This document shows, piece by piece, positions 56,401 to 64,000 of a stretch of DNA of 64,000 nucleotides. The notes beneath the pieces are model-generated. The model saw nothing but the letters and a program-made list of their open reading frames with translations, was not told the origin of the DNA and did no database searches. Location of the stretch: the IMG/VR virus record IMGVR_UViG_3300025030_000078; one strand, given 5' to 3'. The stretch is from an uncultured virus (IMG/VR IMGVR_UViG_3300025030_000078) (lineage: Duplodnaviria; Heunggongvirae; Uroviricota; Caudoviricetes). Position numbers and translations under genes: made by a program. Every line of letters starts with the position of its first letter. Within the stretch, counting starts at the first letter, position 1.

Positions 56401-56942
56401 AGCTTGCGCAGTATTTTGCAGAATTGGGTTTTAAAAAGGGCGTTGAAGTTGGTGTAGCAGAAGGAATATACTCTTTAGTTTTATGCCAAAATATTCCCGG
56501 ATTGGAACTTCATTGCGTAGATCCGTGGGATACTTATAAAGATAATCAACGCGGTGGCGGTAAGGAAAAGCAATATCATAATTTCGAATTAGCAAAAGAA
56601 AAGTTGACTCCATATAATGTTACATTCCATAGGAAAATGAGTATAGACGCTGTTCGAGATTTTGAGGATGGTTCTTTAGATTTTGTTTATATAGATGGGA
56701 ATCACAACTTTGATTATGTAATAGAGGATCTTGTAGCTTGGGGAAGGAAAGTAAAAATGGGTGGAATTATATCCGGACACGATTACTATCACTTCACAGA
56801 GTCCGGAGTTGTGGAAGCCGTGGACGCCTATCTAAAGGGTAATAACATAAGAGATTGGGTTCTAACCCATGAAAGAGAAGGTAGTTTTTATTTCTTCAAG
56901 CAGAAGAATCATTCAATAAAGGTAAAGGGATGGAGACAATAG
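56373..56942 (+). CDS. SAM methyltransferase (Methyltransf_24-like)
   Basis: GVEVGV..G, VDPW, DFVYIDGNH and GGIISGHDY motifs. Confidence 0.9.
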   Translation: MGRQLQNRLELAQYFAELGFKKGVEVGVAEGIYSLVLCQNIPGLELHCVDPWDTYKDNQRGGGKEKQYHNFELAKEKLTPYNVTFHRKMSIDAVRDFEDGSLDFVYIDGNHNFDYVIEDLVAWGRKVKMGGIISGHDYYHFTESGVVEAVDAYLKGNNIRDWVLTHEREGSFYFFKQKNHSIKVKGWRQ

Positions 56943-57562
56943 AACTTATTAAAAACATATTCAAGTTGGATCTTGGGGGAAAATCCCCCACAGAGATAGA
57001 CGATGTTGGAAGGTTAGATCTTGCCGCCTTATTTAGAATTTCCGGATTTAAAGTCGGGGCGGAGATTGGCGTAGAGCAAGGAGAATACTCTAAAGCTCTT
57101 TGCAAATTGAATCCCAACTTACATTTATTCTGCGTTGACGCTTGGACTGCTCATAAGGAATATAAAGACCATATTACTCAACAAAAGTTTGATGATTTTC
57201 TTTCTATAGCTAAAAAGAAACTCAAAGGGTTTAATGTCACTTTTATCAAGAAGTTTAGTATGGATGTAGTTAAAGACTTTGAGGACGGTTCTTTAGATTT
57301 TGTTTATATAGACGCAAATCATGGATATAAATACGTTTTGCAGGATATAACCGAATGGAGTAAAAAGGTCAGAAAGGGCGGTATTGTAAGTGGACATGAC
57401 TATATAAAAAGAACCTCTCCTAGAACGCATCAAGTAGTACGGGCAGTTGACGAATATGTAAAAGATAACAATATAAAAACTTGGTTTTTGTTCGGAAGCA
57501 AAAATAAACAGGAAGGTAAAGTTCGGGACGCCGCTAGATCTTGGGCGTGGGTAAAAGAGTAA
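56930..57562 (+). CDS. SAM methyltransferase (Methyltransf_24-like), paralog
   Basis: GAEIGVEQG, DFVYIDANH and GGIVSGHDY motifs. Confidence 0.9.
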   Translation: METIELIKNIFKLDLGGKSPTEIDDVGRLDLAALFRISGFKVGAEIGVEQGEYSKALCKLNPNLHLFCVDAWTAHKEYKDHITQQKFDDFLSIAKKKLKGFNVTFIKKFSMDVVKDFEDGSLDFVYIDANHGYKYVLQDITEWSKKVRKGGIVSGHDYIKRTSPRTHQVVRAVDEYVKDNNIKTWFLFGSKNKQEGKVRDAARSWAWVKE

Positions 57563-57628
57563 CATGGAAGAAACGGTACTATGGTCTGTTATGGTAATAA
57601 TTATTTATTTCTTTTATAAGATTTTAAA

Positions 57629-58615
57629 ATGAAATACGATTTAAGCATTTTAATACCGGCAAGGAATGAAGAATTTTTAGCAAGAACTGTACAAAATATT
57701 CTACAGAATATTAGAGGTAATACCGAAGTTATTGTTTCTTTAGATGGTTATTGGGGCGCAGTACCCGTGAATCCTAGAGTTACAGTTATTCATTTTCCGG
57801 AGAGTATTGGGCAAAGAGCCGGAACTAATCAGTTGGCAAGACTTTCTAAAGCTAAGTATGTTATGAAGGTGGACGCCCATTGTTGTTTCGACGAAGGTTT
57901 CGACGTTAAGTTGATGTCCGAAATGCGCGATGATTATACGATGATTCCTCTTATGAAGCATCTTCATGTTTTCGATTGGAAGTGTAAAAAGTGTGGGAGC
58001 CAATGGGATCAAGGAAGAACACCACAACAATGTATGATTCGTGTAGGAAGAGATGGCAAGGGAGCCGAGCCTAATCCTGCTTGTGACAACAAGACAGATT
58101 TTGAACGCGTGTTTTTTTGGGAAGCTAGAAAGTCTCCGGTTAATATAACTTATCGTTTTGATAGGGAACTTATTTTTCAATATTGGAAAGAAATATCTTT
58201 AAGACCGGAACTACAAGTAAATGACAAACTGGTGGAAACAATGTCTATTCAAGGATCCTGCTTCATGTTAACTCGTGAAAAATATTGGGAACTTGATATT
58301 TGTGACGAAGGACATGGAAGTTGGGGACAACAAGGAACAGAAGTCGCGTGTAAAACTTGGTTGTCTGGTGGTAAACTGATAGTGAATAAGGATACTTGGT
58401 ACGCTCATTTATTTAGAACGCAAGGTGGGGATTTTGGCTTTCCCTACCCTAATCCGGGTATACCAAAAGCTAGACAATATTCGCAGGGATTGTGGTTTAG
58501 CGATTTTGAAACATTGAAGAGAAGATGGAAACCGGCTATACACGATCTAAAGTGGTTGATAAATAAGTTTGCGCCTGTACCTGATTGGCAAGATTGGGAG
58601 GAGGTGCAAAAATAA
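57629..58615 (+). CDS. GT-A glycosyltransferase, GT2/GT27-like, with a Cys-rich insert
   Basis: LSILIPARNE, KVDAHC and WGQQGTEVACKTWLSGG...AHLFR motifs; CKKC insert. Confidence 0.9.
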   Translation: MKYDLSILIPARNEEFLARTVQNILQNIRGNTEVIVSLDGYWGAVPVNPRVTVIHFPESIGQRAGTNQLARLSKAKYVMKVDAHCCFDEGFDVKLMSEMRDDYTMIPLMKHLHVFDWKCKKCGSQWDQGRTPQQCMIRVGRDGKGAEPNPACDNKTDFERVFFWEARKSPVNITYRFDRELIFQYWKEISLRPELQVNDKLVETMSIQGSCFMLTREKYWELDICDEGHGSWGQQGTEVACKTWLSGGKLIVNKDTWYAHLFRTQGGDFGFPYPNPGIPKARQYSQGLWFSDFETLKRRWKPAIHDLKWLINKFAPVPDWQDWEEVQK

Positions 58616-58624
58616 AAAGGTAAA

Positions 58625-59338
58625 ATGAAAAAAGAAATCATCTACTATACTTGTAACACTCATAGGGAAGATATAGAAATGGCTTGTAGAAGGCAGTTAT
58701 TAAAATCCGGTTTGCCTATACTTTCAGTATCCCGTGAAAAAGAAATAGATTTTGGCGATACGCGTATTATCTTACAAGGAGCTAGAAGTCCTGAAATGAT
58801 GCACAGACAGATTCTTGCGGGATTAGAAGCAAGCGACGCGGATTATGTTTTTTTATGCGAAAGCGATGTTTTATACCATCCCTCTCATTTTGAGTTTACT
58901 TCTCCGCAGGATACAGCTTATTACTACAACATAAATGTATGGAAATATTGGTTTGAAGACGGTCTTTGTGTTTGGGTCGATGATATGAAACAAGTATCCG
59001 GAATATGCGCTAATAAGAACCTGTTGTTACAACATTATAGAAAAAGAGTTGAAAGAATAGATAGAGAAGGAAAGTTTTCTATTGCTTGGGGTTACGAACC
59101 CGGATCGAGAAAACCTCCTTTAGGGTTTGATGAATTTCCTAGATTCGAATATAAATCGACTGTTCCTAATGTTTGTATAAGGCACGGAGAAACTTTAACT
59201 AAAAGTAAAAGATCTCCGGAAGAATTCCGCAATCCTAAATATGCCGAAGGATTCAAGACCGCCAGAGAAATTCCCGGATGGGGAAATATTAAGAGTATAT
59301 TTGATAGGGAGGCAATTGATGGTTCAACGACAATCTAG
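58625..59338 (+). CDS. Divergent GT-A glycosyltransferase
   Basis: QILAGLE...YVFLCESDVLY (ExD motif) and IRH. Confidence 0.65.
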   Translation: MKKEIIYYTCNTHREDIEMACRRQLLKSGLPILSVSREKEIDFGDTRIILQGARSPEMMHRQILAGLEASDADYVFLCESDVLYHPSHFEFTSPQDTAYYYNINVWKYWFEDGLCVWVDDMKQVSGICANKNLLLQHYRKRVERIDREGKFSIAWGYEPGSRKPPLGFDEFPRFEYKSTVPNVCIRHGETLTKSKRSPEEFRNPKYAEGFKTAREIPGWGNIKSIFDREAIDGSTTI

Positions 59339-59415
59339 GAATAATAACACAAATGTTTTTAATGTTTCTCATTGGAGAAAATTCGAAAATTTCCTAAGAA
59401 AGGTGGATTAATAAT

Positions 59416-61116
59416 ATGCCTACACTAGTTGCTAGTTATGATGGCGATGGTGCAAGTAATACAACGTGGGCTTTAGCGGGTGGTTACAACACTATCGCTG
59501 TTCAATCCTTCAAACCATCGGCATCAGGAAAACTCACATCGGCTAAGTTCTATTTGAAAAATGCCACAGCCGTTACAGGAACTTGCTATTTTGTCTTATA
59601 TGCACATTCTGGAACGTACGGGACAAGTAGTGTTCCTACAGGTAGCGTTCTAGCAACATCCGCCGGTCTTGATGTCTCGACACTAAACTCTACCTTTGCA
59701 CTAAAAGAGCTGACTTTCTCCGGTGCTAATCAGTACGATTTAGTTGCCAATACCGCTTATTGTATAGGTGTAACTTTTACAGGGGGTGATGGAGACCATT
59801 ATATACAGGTAGGGATTGATACCACCAATCCTTCTCACGAAGGTAATAGGGCGTCCTATATTTCATCGTGGACTGCCTATGCAAATGACCAAGCATTTTA
59901 TGTATACATAGAGGCATCATCACCGAGTGCTAGTGTTTCTCCCTCATCATCAGCTAGTCCGTCGTCTTCAATTTCCCCGTCTTCTTCGGAATCCCCATCG
60001 GTTTCGCCCTCGGCTTCTATCAGCCCGTCTTCGTCGGAAAGTCCTTCTGTCTCACCGTCAGCATCAGTAAGCCCATCGTCGTCAGTATCGCCATCTTTAA
60101 GTCCATCGGCTTCCGCTTCTCCGAGTTCTAGCGTTTCGCCTTCGGTTTCACCAAGTGCGTCTGTGTCACCTTCGGCTTCAGAGAGTCCGTCGGTATCACC
60201 TTCGGCGTCAATTAGTCCATCCGCTTCAGAGTCGCCTTCGGTATCCCCAAGTTCGTCAGTATCGCCGTCGGTCTCTCCTTCAGCTTCTATAAGTCCGTCG
60301 GCTTCGATCTCTCCATCAAGTTCGGAGTCTCCTTCGGTTTCTCCGTCAGCATCAGTATCGCCATCATCATCGGAGTCGCCAAGCATTTCCCCATCGTCTT
60401 CGGCATCTCCAAGTCCGGGAAGTCCTTCGGCGTCTATTTCTCCATCGGCATCGGTTTCGCCAAGCGCTTCAGAATCTCCATCGGTTAGTCCTTCGGCTTC
60501 CGTAAGTCCTTCAGCTAGTGAGAGTTTGTCACAATCTCCGTCGGCATCTATAAGCCCTTCGGCTTCAGAGTCTCCGTCGGTTTCGCCATCCGCTTCGGTA
60601 AGTCCGTCGAGTTCCGGGTCTCCTTCAATTTCCCCATCCGCTTCAGTTTCTCCGAGCGCTTCGGTAAGCCCGTCGTTTTCAGAATCTCCGTCGGTATCCC
60701 CGTCGGCATCCATGTCGCCTTCTTCGTCAGCATCGCTCTCAACGAGTCCTAGCGCGTCGATTTCTCCTTCAGCTTCGGAAAGTCCTTCAATTTCACCTTC
60801 GGCTTCTGTTTCACCTTCAGCATCCGGATCACCATCGGTTTCACCAAGTAGTTCTCTTTCAGCGTCACCGTCACCTTCGTCGAGCGAAAGTCCTTCATTA
60901 TCTCCGTCATCCTCGCCAAGCCCGTCGTCCTCGGTTTCCCCTTCTATCAGCCCATCATCTTCGGCTAGCCCTTCTCCCACGGAATGGGAATACAAATACA
61001 CAACAAGAAATACTGTTTATAGTGGTTATAAGTATTCAACGCGCGGAACTTCATATAGTGACAAATACTCAAATAGAAGCTCTTCTTATCAGGATAAATA
61101 TCGTTTTAGATCTTGA
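59416..61116 (+). CDS. Virion protein: beta-sandwich head, mucin-like Ser/Pro stalk of about 350 aa, Tyr-rich repeats
   Basis: QSF...S.KFYLK...G domain; [12 protein letters not shown] repeats; Y.DKYS.R repeats. Confidence 0.85.
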   Translation: MPTLVASYDGDGASNTTWALAGGYNTIAVQSFKPSASGKLTSAKFYLKNATAVTGTCYFVLYAHSGTYGTSSVPTGSVLATSAGLDVSTLNSTFALKELTFSGANQYDLVANTAYCIGVTFTGGDGDHYIQVGIDTTNPSHEGNRASYISSWTAYANDQAFYVYIEASSPSASVSPSSSASPSSSISPSSSESPSVSPSASISPSSSESPSVSPSASVSPSSSVSPSLSPSASASPSSSVSPSVSPSASVSPSASESPSVSPSASISPSASESPSVSPSSSVSPSVSPSASISPSASISPSSSESPSVSPSASVSPSSSESPSISPSSSASPSPGSPSASISPSASVSPSASESPSVSPSASVSPSASESLSQSPSASISPSASESPSVSPSASVSPSSSGSPSISPSASVSPSASVSPSFSESPSVSPSASMSPSSSASLSTSPSASISPSASESPSISPSASVSPSASGSPSVSPSSSLSASPSPSSSESPSLSPSSSPSPSSSVSPSISPSSSASPSPTEWEYKYTTRNTVYSGYKYSTRGTSYSDKYSNRSSSYQDKYRFRS

Positions 61117-61134
61117 AAGTGTTAGAATAAAAAT

Positions 61135-62595
61135 ATGAAAAGTTTTCTTATTCAAAGTTTTACCGGACTTTCTGATTTTGAGGACAAAGGCGCGAGAGGA
61201 GCTTTTAAATTCGGAAGTGGTTTGGATGTTAGACGAAACAGAGATTCTTTAAAGGCGGGGCAAGCATTAGCAAACGATTTAGCGTTGGGCGGTATTATGA
61301 ACTCTCCGGTTGTCGATGTAGTGAACTCTTCCGATGGAAATTCTTATTGGGGACTTGAAAACGGAAGAATTTTACAAAGAACTAGCGCAGGAGTTTGGAG
61401 TTTAAAATATACAGATGTTGAAGGAGATTTAAGAGGTATCGGAGAATGGGGAAACGACAACGGAGAAACAGGAATTTATTGGGCGACTCCTACAAAAATA
61501 CATAGAAAACCAATTCCCGGAAATGCAAATTGGACAGATGTTGATACAAGTGCCGGAAACCCTGCACAAACATATCCTAAAACTAATCTTACGAACACAC
61601 CTAACCATTTAATGAAAGTTATAAATGGCGGGTTTTATATAAACAACGGAGACGCTGTAGCGCTTATTGGTTATGATGAGTCTTACACCAATTTAGCTCT
61701 CCAACTTTTGCCGGATAATCTAGCCGAAGTATTATTGGACGACGGGATTTATGCAATTATAGGAGCCAGTCTTGGATCAGATAAGGAAGAATGTTGGCTT
61801 TATTCTTGGGATGGAATTTCCCTTAATTATAACGATAGAACTCCTCTCCCGTTTAAAGATATTAACGCAATAATAAAAGGAGAAGTAATTGTTGTTCAAT
61901 TCGGAAGCGATGGGCAATTATTCTTTGTAGGGGATTCTGGAAGGATCCCAATTACAGCTTTCCCCGGAGGAGGTCAAGTAGAACCGGCAGGAGTAGATGT
62001 TGATGGTGGACTTATTTTATTTGGAGTTTATGGTAATGACGTTTCTCGACAATCCGGAGTTTATGCTTATGGCAGAAATAAAAAGAACGCGGATTTTGTT
62101 CTGAATTTAGAATATCCTTTAGTTTGTGATTCTATAGATGCTGTAAGAAAAGTAGGATCTGATAAACTTATTGCTTATAAATCCGGATCACAGTATGGGG
62201 TCAAGAAGGTTGATACAGCAAACAAAATATCACAAGCTATTTACGAAACTATAGATTTAAAACTTCCTACAGAATACGGGAAGTTGCCTACCATATCTAG
62301 TATTGTTGTGGATATGGCTCCGCTACCGGCAGGGTGTTCTATAGAAATATGGCGAAGACTTGATAAAAAAGAAACTGAAGCCGGTACTGATTACGCCGGA
62401 GTTGCTACCGGTTTAAATGACGGTTGGCATCAATGTAGTTTGCAGGACGGATCCGGTTCTTTTACCGATGATGGGAAAACGGAAGCTATATTTAATTCGG
62501 AGGATAGTGGAAAAATCCTAGAGATCCGTGCTGTTTTAAATTGTTCTGGTAATAACAGCCCTGAAATCTTTAAGATCCAACCCTATTTTAGTTGA
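61135..62595 (+). CDS. Putative tail nozzle / stabilization protein
   Basis: SFTGLS N-terminus; beta-propeller-like composition; YETID motif. Confidence 0.55.
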   Translation: MKSFLIQSFTGLSDFEDKGARGAFKFGSGLDVRRNRDSLKAGQALANDLALGGIMNSPVVDVVNSSDGNSYWGLENGRILQRTSAGVWSLKYTDVEGDLRGIGEWGNDNGETGIYWATPTKIHRKPIPGNANWTDVDTSAGNPAQTYPKTNLTNTPNHLMKVINGGFYINNGDAVALIGYDESYTNLALQLLPDNLAEVLLDDGIYAIIGASLGSDKEECWLYSWDGISLNYNDRTPLPFKDINAIIKGEVIVVQFGSDGQLFFVGDSGRIPITAFPGGGQVEPAGVDVDGGLILFGVYGNDVSRQSGVYAYGRNKKNADFVLNLEYPLVCDSIDAVRKVGSDKLIAYKSGSQYGVKKVDTANKISQAIYETIDLKLPTEYGKLPTISSIVVDMAPLPAGCSIEIWRRLDKKETEAGTDYAGVATGLNDGWHQCSLQDGSGSFTDDGKTEAIFNSEDSGKILEIRAVLNCSGNNSPEIFKIQPYFS

Positions 62596-63086
62596 TGGAT
62601 CAAGACAAGGTTTATTATCCGGAAATTATAGAAACATACGCTTTGCCCGAAACTGTAGTGGAGGAAGAAACGTCCTCTACTAATTATGTTGGTAAAACCA
62701 ATCTTGTTCCAACTACACAAGTAGACAAGAAATTTCCTCCTAGAAACTTCGCAAGAGAAACTATAAGTGAGACGTTAAACACTCGAACAAAGAAGATTTT
62801 GGGGGAATTTACTTTCGGTCAAGTAGGTGCTATCGCAATCGGGGTATATGAAAACGGGGTGTCCGGAGATATTCGTATCACGCCTAACGGCATTACAGCT
62901 AGAAATATAAATGGGGAAACTACTTTTTCTATAGACGGAACAACAGGAGATGCTGTCTTTAAGGGAACAATAACCGCAGGTGCTTTAGTCACGGGAAGTG
63001 TCGTAGTACAAGGACAAGGGGCATTTGTAGTTAATGATGGAACTTATAACGTAATCCGCATGGGTTACTTTGCAGGAGGTTTGTAA
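62595..63086 (+). CDS. Tail protein
   Basis: TTFSIDGTTGDAVFKGTITAG motif. Confidence 0.65.
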   Translation: MDQDKVYYPEIIETYALPETVVEEETSSTNYVGKTNLVPTTQVDKKFPPRNFARETISETLNTRTKKILGEFTFGQVGAIAIGVYENGVSGDIRITPNGITARNINGETTFSIDGTTGDAVFKGTITAGALVTGSVVVQGQGAFVVNDGTYNVIRMGYFAGGL

Positions 63087-63418
63087 TGCCAGCCGAATAC
63101 GGTTTAAAAATAAGACTAGACAATGTTGCTGATGATGTGGAGGATTGTACGCCAAAACAAACAGCCTTCAATTCTAAATACCCTTGTGCGAAGATTCTTC
63201 AAGATGGAAAGGTTAGTGCTTCTACCGGATTTATTGTGGAAGTAAGCTTAGATTCCGATGTATCTTTTCCTTTCCAGTTACTTTGTTTTCTATATGACGC
63301 TAGTACACAAGAATATGAACCTGCTCAAAATGTTTCTTTTGATAGTACAAAAATTTATCTACCGGCAACGGCAAAAATAGAAGGAAGCTTTTTCTATTAC
63401 TTTGTTTGTTACGCATAA
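63086..63418 (+). CDS. Tail protein
   Basis: YGLKI...FNSKYP motif, shared with the next ORF. Confidence 0.65.
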   Translation: MPAEYGLKIRLDNVADDVEDCTPKQTAFNSKYPCAKILQDGKVSASTGFIVEVSLDSDVSFPFQLLCFLYDASTQEYEPAQNVSFDSTKIYLPATAKIEGSFFYYFVCYA

Positions 63419-63419
63419 T

Positions 63420-63839
63420 ATGGGAAATTACGGCGCTAAGATAGCAAAGAAAAAACATAATGTAGAAGATGGGGATCGTTACCAGATCTTCAATTCTAAA
63501 TATCCGGCGCTAAAATTAAAAGTATCCGGACAGGGTACGGGATCGCAGGTGGCAGGTAATGGAGGATTTACCATAACAATATCGCATAATTTGGGTTATG
63601 TTCCCCTATGTTTTGTAGATGGTCAGTACTTTAATCTTCCGGCGGAAGCCGTCGTTACCAAGTTCTCTAAGTGGAACAGATTTATATATCAAGGACTACA
63701 GGTTGGGGATTCTTATTACTACTACGCTGATACCACAAATTTATATATAGTGGCTTCTCTTTCCTATTTAACAGATGTTTACACTTTCGATCTTGATTAT
63801 ATGTATCATATTTATTATGACGAGGATACTTTAGCATGA
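63420..63839 (+). CDS. Tail protein
   Basis: YGAKI...FNSKYP and ITISHNLGYVP motifs. Confidence 0.7.
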   Translation: MGNYGAKIAKKKHNVEDGDRYQIFNSKYPALKLKVSGQGTGSQVAGNGGFTITISHNLGYVPLCFVDGQYFNLPAEAVVTKFSKWNRFIYQGLQVGDSYYYYADTTNLYIVASLSYLTDVYTFDLDYMYHIYYDEDTLA

Positions 63840-64000
63840 GTGTATTTACAAAAAGAGTAGACGCAGATATAAGGGATATAAACCATGTTTACGATGGAAC
63901 TTGGTCTGTTTGGGAAAATTCCGCTTATAACATAGGAAACCCCGGAGCAGTAATTAGGAATACTAGCTTACGTTTTATAGGTGTAAATATACCAAAAGAT
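63836..64000 (+). CDS. Structural protein, truncated by the window end
   Basis: ATGA-coupled and open to the end (LRFIGVNIPK). Confidence 0.55.
   Translation, partial: MSVFTKRVDADIRDINHVYDGTWSVWENSAYNIGNPGAVIRNTSLRFIGVNIPKD

Larger units (their letters stand above)
40143..64000. mobile_element. Phage B, partial second tailed-phage genome (podovirus-like)
   Basis: A second, non-homologous set of TerS, TerL, portal, scaffold and capsid genes, a different replication module, and a distinct CCGG-rich composition. Confidence 0.85.

Noticed and set aside
59898..61001. 367-aa acidic ORF on the - strand (also 54786..55454, 54755..55381 and 54743..55150)
   Set aside because: Shadow frames of the Ser/Pro repeats, with no RBS and opposite or out of frame to the operon.
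1..64000. Alternative genetic code
   Set aside because: The standard code gives full-length, tightly packed genes using all three stop codons.

Overview
The window holds two unrelated, AT-rich tailed-phage genomes joined end to end; no host genes, rRNA, tRNA, CRISPR array or integrase were seen. Phage A (1-40142) looks like a complete circular genome: bases 1-126 are identical to 40143-40268, and closing the circle restores an intact ORF. Its + strand late operon runs TerS, TerL, portal, two large internal-virion-like proteins, scaffold, N4-gp56/DUF4043-type capsid, GT4, fibre, adaptor, Dit/Tal-like proteins, GH25 endolysin and holin. Its - strand early arm carries a replication initiator with iterons, DnaB, RuvC, an SSB-like gene, HNH, a phosphoesterase, an HD nuclease and a glycosyltransferase/methyltransferase/deacetylase cluster. 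Phage B (about 40143-64000, incomplete) is CCGG-rich. It encodes a nucleotide-sugar epimerase, a DUF2829/Tad2-like protein, a split primase-helicase with an adjacent origin-like repeat array, and head genes. Directly after its capsid gene sit two Ser/Pro mucin-like proteins bracketing three glycosyltransferases and two methyltransferases; two of the GTs carry motifs resembling GT27 polypeptide-GalNAc-transferases. This candidate phage-encoded mucin-type O-glycosylation system is the top finding. Other leads are a structured rep leader antisense to three RBSs, an operator motif in phage A promoters, a 10-bp phased repeat switch, and frequent leaderless promoters. All product calls come from reading motifs by eye, not from database searches.
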